DNA of 64,000 bases from Candidatus Latescibacterota bacterium (GTDB lineage Bacteria > Latescibacterota > UBA2968 > GCA-2709665): contig OZ242180.1 of assembly GCA_965205485.1 (NCBI GenBank), positions 2,400,001 through 2,464,000 of the forward strand, written 5' to 3'. Below are positions 18,852 through 27,638 of the stretch, piece by piece; the stretch's first letter is position 1, and each line of letters starts with the position of its first letter. The translations under genes were made by a program, and so were the position numbers. Under the pieces are notes generated by a model, which did not search any database, was not told where the DNA came from, and saw only the letters and a list, made by a program, of their open reading frames with translations.

Positions 18852-19045
18852 CGTTCACTGCGCTAGGACTGTGGTGGTTTGCCCGGGTTTCACAGACCGC
18901 GCAACGTGTTTCCGATGGCCAGGATCCGCTTGCGGATGCCGAGACCGATGCAGTTTAGGGCCTGATCGGTTGCTCTTGGCCGTGATCATAGTCGAATCGG
19001 ACAGGGGTTACTCAAGCCTGGCGTTTGGTCGATAATACGCAATGG

Positions 19046-19086
19046 AATACTAAATATAATATGTTTCAATACTAATTATAGTATGT
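19046..19086. promoter_or_regulatory. Tandem palindromic operator-like repeats upstream of the exporter operon
   Basis: AATACTAAATATAATATGT and AATACTAATTATAGTATGT: 17/19 identical, 22-bp period. Confidence 0.6.
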
Positions 19087-19276
19087 ATCGGCAAGTATTC
19101 GCGGACTTCGGGCGTGGCAAGCTAGAATTGAGCGGCTTGTTAAGGATTGCCCTTCGAGGCCGGAAAATCCCGGATCTCCGGCAGGAAGAACCCCTGGTAA
19201 CCGGCGAATCGCCCTCGGTCGGAAATCGATCTACATCCGGAAACGCCAATAATCCTTCCATTTCGGGAAAGGAACT

Positions 19277-22200
19277 ATGGACGTCTTTACCCACTTTTCT
19301 CAGGCGTCGAATCAAACGGAATCCGTACGGTTTCGCTTCGGAGAGATTGTAATTGTACAAGGGGCGCCTGGCGATGCGTTCTACATGCTAAAATCGGGCC
19401 GGCTGCGAGTAATCAAACGGAATACGGACGGCCAACCTGAAACCGTGGGATTTCTTTATGCCGGCGACCACTTTGGCGAGGGCGCGCTGTTGACGGGGCA
19501 GGGACATCGGGCGGTGGTGCGAGCCGCGGAGGATTCCGTGGTGCTGAAGGTGTCGCGGGATGAATTCCTCGATGTATTGAAGAAGGAGCCGGAGCTGGAG
19601 GCCTATCTGCAGGACCAGGTTGCGAATATCGCGTACCGGGACTTCACGAGGTATCTGAAGGGGTCCGTTTCCGGGGATGGCATGCGGGAGCTGTTCCAAC
19701 GTCTGAAGCGAGAGGAGGTCGCAGCGGGCGCGTCGTTCACGCAATCCGGTCACACGAGCGAGCGTTTCTGCGTGGTGGGCAGCGGCGGGTTGGACGTGAT
19801 GCTTGAGGACGGAAGCACGCACTCGCTCGACGCCGGGGATTTTTTCGAAGAGACGGATTCTACTGTCGGCGGCTCACGGACGATCCGCAGCCGGGTGAAT
19901 AGCGTTATCTACGTCTTGGAAAAGCCTGACCTGGAAAGCCTGAGTCAATCAATCCTTGCATTAACGCCCTTGAGAGAGATGGCACGGCGATTGTACAAGG
20001 AACCGGCACCGGACAGGTCGATGTCCCGCGAGATTCAATCGGGCGGAATTCACGTCCACACGGAAACGGCGGCGGTGAACAACGCCGTTGCGGCGAACGG
20101 CGGGCCATACGATGTCCCGAATTCCAGGACATCTGACGAGCAGCGCAGAACATCGACGGCGTTTCGTTTTCCGTTTCTGAAACAACACGATCAGTCCGAC
20201 TGCGGGGCGGCGTGTCTGGGGATGATCTGCAAGTATTTCAGGATGCCGATCGGGTTGAACCGGCTGCGGGACATGTGCAACGTGTCGCGGGACGGCACGT
20301 CGATGGCGGCATTGGCAGAAGCGGCGGAGACGCTTGGATTTGTCACGCGGGGCGTGCGCACCGGCTACGAAGCGTTGATGCGAACGGAATTGCCGGCCAT
20401 TCTGCACTGGGAAGGCAACCATTTCGTTGTCCTGTATGAGATCAACAAGAAGGGTGTGAAAATCGCGGATCCGGGCGTGGGTATTCGCAGATTGGCCCGG
20501 AGGGAGTTCGAGAAGAGCTGGACCAACATGGCGTTGCTCCTTGAATACACGGATCAAGTGGCGGAGAATGAACCCTCCAGATCTTCCTTCAAGCGTTTTT
20601 TCCCGTTGATCAAGCCCTATACGGCCATTCTGGTCGAGGTCCTGCTGGCGTCCCTGGTACTCAGCCTGTTGGGCCTTGCCTCGCCGGTTTTTACGCAAAC
20701 TATAGTCGACCAGGTGCTGGTGCATCACGACGAGGACCTTCTGAACCTGATGCTCGCGGGTATGGTCGTCGTGGCGCTCTTCCAGATGGGGACATCGACG
20801 CTGCGCGCGTATCTGATCGGATATATCAGCGCCAGGTTGAGCCTCACGATGTTGTCGCGGTTCTACCGCCATCTGCTGGGCCTGTCCATGCGGTTCTTTG
20901 CGTTGCGCCGCACCGGCGATCTGACCACGCGATTCAAGGAAAACGCGACGATCCAGCGGCTCTTCACCGACACGACCATTTCGGCGATCCTCGATTTTAT
21001 CATGTTGTTCGTCTATCTTGGGCTGATGTTCTACTACAATTGGGAGTTGACGCTCGTGATGTTGATTTTCGTGCCGCTCTCGGTAGGGCTCACGCTGATC
21101 TATACCCCGATCCTGAAGTCCTTCAGCCAGCGGGCATTTCTCGCTCGCGCCGAACAGTCCTCCGTACTGATCGATTCGCTGCACGGAATCGACGTTGTGA
21201 AAGCCGAAGCGGTCGAACGGGTAACGAGATGGCAGTGGGAGGGCAAATTTACAAGGGAAATCCAGATCGGATTCCGACGATTGAAAATGGAGATGCTGTT
21301 CGGCGCAGGCGGTAGTATGATCAATCTCCTGAGTTCCACGGTGATTCTGTGGTATGGCGCCTCTCTGGTTATCGACGGTGAGTTGTCAGTCGGTCAATTG
21401 ATGGCTTTCAATGCCCTTATCGGCAACGTGATGGGACCCATAATGGGATTGATCGGCGTGTGGCCCGAGGTTCAGGAAGCCCGGGTCGCCCTGGACAGGC
21501 TGAATGACGTCTATGACTCTAAGATGGAAAGTGCGCGCCAGCGCGGACACGGCCTGAGACTGAAGCAGGTTGAAGGCCGTCTGATTTTCGAAAACGTGTT
21601 CTTCAGGTACGGCGTTGGAACCGATGAACCCTACGTCTTGAACAACATCGACCTGGAACTGAAGCCTGGACGAAAGGTCGCCATCGTCGGCCGCAGCGGC
21701 GCCGGAAAAACCACGCTCGTCAAGCTCGTGCCCCGCCTGTTCGATCCCACGGAAGGGCGCGTGCTGCTGGACGGGATGGATATGCGCGATTTCGACCCTC
21801 ACTGGCTGCGCCGCCAGGTGGGCATGGTTATGCAGGACTCTTTTCTATTCAGCGGAACCATTGCGGAGAACATCGCGGTCGGAGAACCGGACGCGAATAT
21901 GGACCGCCTCCTGGAAGTCGCGAAATTGGCATGCGTTCACGACTTCGTAAACGAGATGCCCCTGGGATACGAGACGAAGGTGGGCGAACAGGGAATCGGA
22001 TTGTCCGGCGGCCAGCGGCAACGTGTTGCGATCGCGCGCGCGCTGTACCGCGATCCGGGAATACTGATCTTCGACGAAGCGACAAATGCGCTGGATACGG
22101 ACTCGGAGGCTGCGATCCAGACCAATCTGGCGCTGTTCCTGGAAAATCGCACGTCCCTGGTCATCGCCCATCGCCTGAGCACGGTGAGGGATGCGGACAC

Positions 22201-22312
22201 GATTCTCGTAATGGAAAAGGGCCACATTCTCGACACCGGCACGCACGAAGAACTGATGCTTCGACGGGGTCTTTACTATCACATGTGCAGCCAGCAGTTG
22301 CAGCTGACCTGA
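19277..22312 (+). CDS. Peptidase-containing ABC transporter (2x cNMP-binding, C39 peptidase, ABC TMD, NBD)
   Basis: QGAPGDAFY...GDHFGE cNMP domain plus a second degenerate one; QHDQSDCGAAC, HWEGNHFVV and IADP (C39 catalytic residues); GRSGAGKT, LSGGQRQR, FDEAT, IAHRL. Confidence 0.95.
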   Translation: MDVFTHFSQASNQTESVRFRFGEIVIVQGAPGDAFYMLKSGRLRVIKRNTDGQPETVGFLYAGDHFGEGALLTGQGHRAVVRAAEDSVVLKVSRDEFLDVLKKEPELEAYLQDQVANIAYRDFTRYLKGSVSGDGMRELFQRLKREEVAAGASFTQSGHTSERFCVVGSGGLDVMLEDGSTHSLDAGDFFEETDSTVGGSRTIRSRVNSVIYVLEKPDLESLSQSILALTPLREMARRLYKEPAPDRSMSREIQSGGIHVHTETAAVNNAVAANGGPYDVPNSRTSDEQRRTSTAFRFPFLKQHDQSDCGAACLGMICKYFRMPIGLNRLRDMCNVSRDGTSMAALAEAAETLGFVTRGVRTGYEALMRTELPAILHWEGNHFVVLYEINKKGVKIADPGVGIRRLARREFEKSWTNMALLLEYTDQVAENEPSRSSFKRFFPLIKPYTAILVEVLLASLVLSLLGLASPVFTQTIVDQVLVHHDEDLLNLMLAGMVVVALFQMGTSTLRAYLIGYISARLSLTMLSRFYRHLLGLSMRFFALRRTGDLTTRFKENATIQRLFTDTTISAILDFIMLFVYLGLMFYYNWELTLVMLIFVPLSVGLTLIYTPILKSFSQRAFLARAEQSSVLIDSLHGIDVVKAEAVERVTRWQWEGKFTREIQIGFRRLKMEMLFGAGGSMINLLSSTVILWYGASLVIDGELSVGQLMAFNALIGNVMGPIMGLIGVWPEVQEARVALDRLNDVYDSKMESARQRGHGLRLKQVEGRLIFENVFFRYGVGTDEPYVLNNIDLELKPGRKVAIVGRSGAGKTTLVKLVPRLFDPTEGRVLLDGMDMRDFDPHWLRRQVGMVMQDSFLFSGTIAENIAVGEPDANMDRLLEVAKLACVHDFVNEMPLGYETKVGEQGIGLSGGQRQRVAIARALYRDPGILIFDEATNALDTDSEAAIQTNLALFLENRTSLVIAHRLSTVRDADTILVMEKGHILDTGTHEELMLRRGLYYHMCSQQLQLT

Positions 22313-22339
22313 ACTTTCGGCTGACGAGGAGCCGGTCGG

Positions 22340-23743
22340 ATGGCGGAACCGCGACAATTGGCGTCTTCGGGAGCGTCGTCGCCGATGCATCTGCCCGCGC
22401 GGGAGCAGGTTTCGGAGGAGATGCAGGCGTTTTTCGGGTCGCTGAGGCCGTTCTGGGGGCGGGCGCTGCTCTACGTCGTTCTTCTGTTTGTCGGGATCGC
22501 GGTGTTCTGGGCATGGCGGGGCAAGGTGGACGTTGTGGCTTCGGCGCCGTTTCAACTGGTGCCGATGGGGAAGGTGAAGACGTTGCAGGCGCGCCGCGGC
22601 GGCGAGATCGAGCACATCGGCGTCAGCGAGGGCGATCGCATCGAAGAGGGGCAGTTGCTGTTCAAGCTGAAGTCTTGGGAAACCTGGGGAGACCTTCGAG
22701 AGCTGGAACAGGCGGAAATGGCGTATCAACAGGCCGGATACGACTTCAAACAGGTATTGCCCCGGAGATCGGAATTGAACCTGGAGACGATCGCGTCGCT
22801 CGAAAAGCGACTGGCCGTTCTGCAGCGGTTCATGGCGGCGCATCAGAACGCCCTCAGGGACTACCACGACGACGCGGGTGATGCCGAAGGATCCGGAAGT
22901 GACAATTCCGAGGCGGAACTGCAGGCACAGATCGGCTTCAGGCAGGCGGAAATCGATCACTTGAAGCAGGACTATCTTCAGCAGAAGGCATTGTTCCAGA
23001 GGAAACTGATCAGCCGGGTGGATATCAATCAGGCGCGTGTACGGTACCTGAGCGCACTCGCAGCGCTTCCGGGACGCATGTCGGAAATATACAGGAACGA
23101 AACGGCCGTCCAGGACCTCAAACGTCAGATTCTGGAGGCGCGAATCGAGCACGGCCGCGAGGCGTCAAAGATGAAACACGCGTACGAAACCGCGCGATTG
23201 AGACTGGAGCAGGCGCGCAAACGCGTCGACCGCCGGCTGGAAGCGGAGTCGGACCTCATATTGGCGCCGGAATCCGGCATTGTAACGCGGGTGGAGGTGA
23301 ATGCGCTCGGACAGGTTATCAGCAAAGGGCAGGCGCTGGTTTCAGTAGCGCCGGCGTCCGCTCCGATCGTCGCCGAGCTTACGGTATTGAACAGGGACGT
23401 GGGCATGCTGAAACCGGGTCAGATCGTGAAGCTGAAATACGACGCCTTCGCATTCCAGGATTTCGGAATCAAACGCGGGTGGCTCAAACAGATCTCGCCG
23501 GATGCCGTCATCGATGAGATTGTCGGACCGGTTTTCAGGGGTGTCGTTGAATTGGAAGAAACCACCGTGGACGTAAAGGGACAGGAGAAACCGCTCCGGT
23601 TCGGCATGAAGGGCACCGCGGAGATCATGACGGACCGCCAATCCGTCCTGCTGATGCTTCTGAGTCCTCTGCGAAGGCTTTACGAGTCAGCATCGTACGA
23701 CGCCGTAAAGTCGGCGGCAGCTCAGCCGGAGGATTCGTTATGA
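22340..23743 (+). CDS. HlyD-family membrane fusion protein
   Basis: Single TM helix, GGEIEHIGVSEGDRI lipoyl half-motif, coiled coil, APESGIV, KYDAFAFQDFG, LRFGM. Confidence 0.92.
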   Translation: MAEPRQLASSGASSPMHLPAREQVSEEMQAFFGSLRPFWGRALLYVVLLFVGIAVFWAWRGKVDVVASAPFQLVPMGKVKTLQARRGGEIEHIGVSEGDRIEEGQLLFKLKSWETWGDLRELEQAEMAYQQAGYDFKQVLPRRSELNLETIASLEKRLAVLQRFMAAHQNALRDYHDDAGDAEGSGSDNSEAELQAQIGFRQAEIDHLKQDYLQQKALFQRKLISRVDINQARVRYLSALAALPGRMSEIYRNETAVQDLKRQILEARIEHGREASKMKHAYETARLRLEQARKRVDRRLEAESDLILAPESGIVTRVEVNALGQVISKGQALVSVAPASAPIVAELTVLNRDVGMLKPGQIVKLKYDAFAFQDFGIKRGWLKQISPDAVIDEIVGPVFRGVVELEETTVDVKGQEKPLRFGMKGTAEIMTDRQSVLLMLLSPLRRLYESASYDAVKSAAAQPEDSL

Positions 23744-24555
23744 CTCCTCGCGCGGAAGATGGGAACCCGATTCCTTCCCGGGAAATCACGCTCGTCCAGG
23801 TCAATGGCGCCGGTGTGTCGCTGAGTCAGGTCGTCCGTCAACTGGGGGTCGTCGACAAACTCGATTTCTTCGGTGAATTCGCGCGCAGAGAACTCGTGCG
23901 CCAGCTTGCGGTCCGGGAAGGCATCCGTTCAAAACCGGAAGACATCCAGCGCGACGTGGACGACTGGCGCTATCGACATCGCCTGGAACGTGTTGAAGAC
24001 ACGGAAGCGTGGCTCCGGTCCCGAGGCATTACCCTCGGCGACGTCGCAGAAGACGCTCAGGCGAAACGGTTGGAGCGTGCGTTGTCCGACAAGGTCGTGG
24101 ACAGAAGGATCCAACCGTACTTCGCTCAGCACAAGCTGGATTTCGACGAGGCGGAAGTCAGCTGGATTTTTCACCGTAATAGAGGCGTGATAGAAGAAAT
24201 CGGGCTTCAGGCCATAGAAGAAGGCGCTGATTTTTGCAGAATGGCCCGCGAGTACTCACAAGATGAACGCACGCGTCCGTCCGGCGGGTTTGTCGGGCGC
24301 GTTCGACGCGGACAGTTGCCGAAGGGTATTGCGGCGCGCCTCTTCGCCGCCGAACCTGGTGAAGTTTTCGGACCCGAAAAGGCATCGGGCGGCTTCGCGT
24401 TGTATATGCTGCAGCGGAACTTTCCGGCAGTCCTTGATGATAGCGTTTCAAATGAGATTCGCGATACGCTATTCAGTCAGTGGCTGCAGAGTGAGTTTCA
24501 GCGGGCGGAAATACACTACCCGATCTGGGAAACCGCGAAGGCGGTCCAGGAGTAG
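23740..24555 (+). CDS. PpiC/parvulin-type peptidyl-prolyl isomerase-like protein
   Basis: DFCRMAREYSQD.RTRPSGGFVG rotamase motif; ATGA overlap with hlyD. Confidence 0.8.
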   Translation: MTPRAEDGNPIPSREITLVQVNGAGVSLSQVVRQLGVVDKLDFFGEFARRELVRQLAVREGIRSKPEDIQRDVDDWRYRHRLERVEDTEAWLRSRGITLGDVAEDAQAKRLERALSDKVVDRRIQPYFAQHKLDFDEAEVSWIFHRNRGVIEEIGLQAIEEGADFCRMAREYSQDERTRPSGGFVGRVRRGQLPKGIAARLFAAEPGEVFGPEKASGGFALYMLQRNFPAVLDDSVSNEIRDTLFSQWLQSEFQRAEIHYPIWETAKAVQE

Positions 24556-24741
24556 GCGGGAGACGTGGCACGGTGACGGGTCCCTTCGCCGATGGCGACC
24601 GTTCAGTCGTTGAGGCGCGAACATCATATCCCCATGTCGTTTCGTTGCATCAGGCCGTTGATTCAGTATTTCGACGTGGGCTGCGTAAGCATCTACGCCG
24701 ATTTCAGATCGACCCGTTTCTGCAGAAATGCAAATTAGCCC

Positions 24742-24770
24742 TTGTCATTCACAAGAGCGGAAACTATATT
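24742..24770 (+). promoter_or_regulatory. Sigma70-type promoter in front of a structured non-coding region
   Basis: TTGTCA-17 nt-TATATT. Confidence 0.6.
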
Positions 24771-24775
24771 CCGGT

Positions 24776-25000
24776 TGTCACCACTCGGGCAGTGCCCGTA
24801 TGTCGGGTAGCCTACCGAATACAATAGCCGACATTCAGGGGCAAGGGTAGCTCCCTTGTCCCCGGCGAATACGTAGGACCTTCCCGCATCCTAAAAGCTG
24901 CGTGAGTGGTGACACTGCCCGGCACCCTTTAATCGGGGTGCCGCTAAGATGCTCATCACTGAACGGCGGGGGATGAAGCGGGATTTTTTTATGCCCTTCG
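24776..25000 (+). ncRNA. Candidate structured ncRNA, family not recognised
   Basis: 11-bp closing stem 24776-86/24904-14, three internal hairpins, possible pseudoknot, further hairpin 24920-43 and T7 tract; no credible ORF. Confidence 0.45.
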
Positions 25001-25332
25001 CTGTTGGTCCTCCTCAACATCCATCGCGTGTCAACGTCTTCCGTTGCAGTGCCAAGCCGCTGACTTTGTCGTAAGACGCCTACAACATTGGGTCGGCGCC
25101 AGGCGTTGCAGAATGCGCCATACGATGCAAAATGCATCACATGTTAACGCGCGCGTTCCAGCTACGCAAAAAAAGCACGCAGACACGGGTTTCATCTCAC
25201 GTCCGCGCCGGCGTACCGGTATTTTCCTTGAAGCGTCGAGACGCAAATCGCTACACGTCCGCTTCTCTTCAAAGCGCCTCACCATTTTAGCCAAATGCTT
25301 TATATACTTTAAGTTATTCGCTTATTCAAATC

Positions 25333-25348
25333 TGGCTCGCATTTTGCA
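25333..25348 (+). promoter_or_regulatory. Sigma54 (-24/-12) promoter upstream of the CPBP genes
   Basis: TGGCTCGCATTTTGCA: GG-N10-GC, one mismatch to TGGCACG-N4-TTGCW; AT-rich tract upstream. Confidence 0.6.
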
Positions 25349-25506
25349 TATCGACCTGGATTGTTCGACACCCAAACAGGACACCGAATGCGACCGCGGC
25401 AAGAGGACTGCCGGAGTTGCGGGCTCGATGAAATCCGCCGCTCGCGCCGGAATGCGGGGTCGTTGGATCCACTTTCGTCCGGTCGCATCAATAGGGGAGG
25501 GAATAA

Positions 25507-26361
25507 ATGGCGTATCCGAATCTGAAGCAGTCCGTCTGGCTGATGGTCTTGCTTGTGGTGGCAACGAGCGCGCTGGGGATGATGCTTCATTTCCTCGGCG
25601 CCGCGTCGGACAATGAAACACGAATCTTCGAATACCTGGGATGGATTCTAAACCTTCCCGTTTTCGCTCTACTCGTGTTATATGCGCAGCGTCGATCCGG
25701 TCGGCCCTGGTCGGACGTCCTGCTCTTAAGGACAGTACCGTGGAAAATGTACCTCCCACTTACTGTCTCGATCCTGGGATTCGGCATTGTCATATCCGAC
25801 CTTGCAACCTTCGTGCAATATCTGATTCCAATTCCCAAAGTATACCTCGAGATATTCCTTGATCTAATGGGGAGCAAAACACCTCTTGGTCTCGCGTTTT
25901 ATGTTCTCGCGATTCACGCGCCGCTTACCGAGGAAGTTCTCTGCAGAGGCGTTATTCTTGGCGGGCTGTTAGCCAACGGTACCCGCCGGCGTGCTATTTT
26001 TTGGTCTGCAGTGCTGTTCGCCGCGATGCATATGAATCCATGGCAGTTTCCAGGATCCTTGATACTGGGTCTTGTATTCGCGTGGTGGGTCGTACAGACA
26101 GGTTCTTTGCTGCCTGCGTTATTCGGTCACGCTCTGAACAATTTTCTGTCGTTGATTTCGGTGCGTATGGAGATATTCCGTCCTATCGAGGATTGGGGTG
26201 TTGTGGAGTTTCTGCCATGGTGGCTGCTTGTGTGCGGTATTGTACTGGCTGCGGTCGGTCTGCGGTGGTTCAATCAAATGGCAAAACGCGAAGGGACGCC
26301 GCTGGCTCCACCGGCTGAACCGGAGCCGGTCGTAACGGCGGTGGCCGAGAAATCAGTCTGA
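25507..26361 (+). CDS. CPBP (Abi/CAAX type II) intramembrane metalloprotease, copy 1
   Basis: EEVLCRG, FAAMH and HALNN motifs; GGAGG RBS. Confidence 0.92.
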   Translation: MAYPNLKQSVWLMVLLVVATSALGMMLHFLGAASDNETRIFEYLGWILNLPVFALLVLYAQRRSGRPWSDVLLLRTVPWKMYLPLTVSILGFGIVISDLATFVQYLIPIPKVYLEIFLDLMGSKTPLGLAFYVLAIHAPLTEEVLCRGVILGGLLANGTRRRAIFWSAVLFAAMHMNPWQFPGSLILGLVFAWWVVQTGSLLPALFGHALNNFLSLISVRMEIFRPIEDWGVVEFLPWWLLVCGIVLAAVGLRWFNQMAKREGTPLAPPAEPEPVVTAVAEKSV

Positions 26362-26445
26362 CGGCGCAACACGCGGGGCGACACTCGACTTGGGTCCGGA
26401 TTGTTCGACTTGCCGGCATCTCCTCACCCAAACAGGAGGGAATAC

Positions 26446-27300
26446 ATGGCGTATCCGAATCTGAAGCAGTCGGTCTGGCTGCTGATCTTGTTTTTCCTGA
26501 TAAGCGCGGCACTGGGTGTACCGGTTGCCATCCTGGGTTTCATCCTGGACCAGACTTTGCACGGGAGTCCGTACGTAATCTGGCTATTAACGCTCATCAG
26601 TTTCGTTCTGGTGGCTGCTTACTCGAAGCGCCGAACAGATCGGACCTGGCGAAATATCCTGCAATTCAGGCCCGTATCCTGGCAACTGTCCCTGCCGCTC
26701 GGGGTGTCAATCATCGGCCTGGCAATCGTCGGTTCAGACCTGGGAAACCTCATGCGACATCTGATACCGGCACCTGAAATAATCGTCAACGCATTGAAGG
26801 AGCTGGCGGACAAGGAAAGTCCCTTTGGGCTGTCTTTTTATGTCATGGTGGTTCAGGCTCCCCTGACTGAGGAAATCCTCTTCAGAGGCATCATTCTCGG
26901 CGGCCTGCTGACCCACCGAACGCGGAACCGGGCGATCGTCTGGTCCGCGGTCATGTTTGCGCTGTTTCATGCGAACCCGTGGCAATTCCCGATCGCCCTG
27001 ATATTGGGGATCGTATTCGCGTGGTGGGTTGTTCAAACCGGGTCCCTGGTACCGGCGATTGCAGGGCATGCGCTGAACAATTTTCTGGCATTGACGGTTG
27101 CGCATCTGGAATTATTCGGACCGATTGATAGTCCCGATACGGTGGTGTACTATCCGTGGTGGTTGCTTGCCGGCGGTATCGTCCTGGCTGCGGTCGGCTT
27201 GCGGTGGTTCAATCAGATGGCAAAACGCGAAAGTTCATCGCTCGAAAACCGCGTTCAACCGGAGCAGGCCGATGCGCCTGATAACCGGGAACCGGTCTGA
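26446..27300 (+). CDS. CPBP (Abi/CAAX type II) intramembrane metalloprotease, copy 2
   Basis: EEILFRG, FALFH and HALNN motifs; same N-terminus MAYPNLKQSVWL as copy 1; AGGAGG RBS before ATG 26446. Confidence 0.92.
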   Translation: MAYPNLKQSVWLLILFFLISAALGVPVAILGFILDQTLHGSPYVIWLLTLISFVLVAAYSKRRTDRTWRNILQFRPVSWQLSLPLGVSIIGLAIVGSDLGNLMRHLIPAPEIIVNALKELADKESPFGLSFYVMVVQAPLTEEILFRGIILGGLLTHRTRNRAIVWSAVMFALFHANPWQFPIALILGIVFAWWVVQTGSLVPAIAGHALNNFLALTVAHLELFGPIDSPDTVVYYPWWLLAGGIVLAAVGLRWFNQMAKRESSSLENRVQPEQADAPDNREPV

Positions 27301-27638
27301 TGGCGAGATTCGAAAGGATGTTTCCGCCAAGGCCATCGTATACGATCCTGTTCCGTAGAAGAGATGAGGTCTGAAGAGCCATGCCCGCCATCCATCAATC
27401 TTCCCGCGTCGCTGCCGGCGTCCGTCGGCATCCCCGCATCGCCATTCCGAAGTCGACGAATGTGTTGCAGGATGCAACGGCAAATGGGTATCATGGAGGG
27501 AGTCGTGACGTAGGTTCACGGATGTTGTGGAAACGGGATTCTTCGTGCCCGGAAGGTCGGGCCCGATCCCAAAAAACGCTCGCCGGACGCGGAATCAGTT
27601 CCTCCATACGGCTTCATCGCGGCCGTCCGCGCCGGCGA

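Noticed and set aside
24776..24914. Retron msr-msd or IscB/TnpB omega-RNA explanation for the structured region
   Set aside because: No reverse transcriptase, IscB, TnpB or transposase ORF is adjacent
27381..27638. N-terminal extension of the DegT-like ORF, and similar extensions at 738, 5472, 26401, 28978 and 63813
   Set aside because: Extensions look non-coding; RBS position, signal peptides or family N-termini support downstream starts
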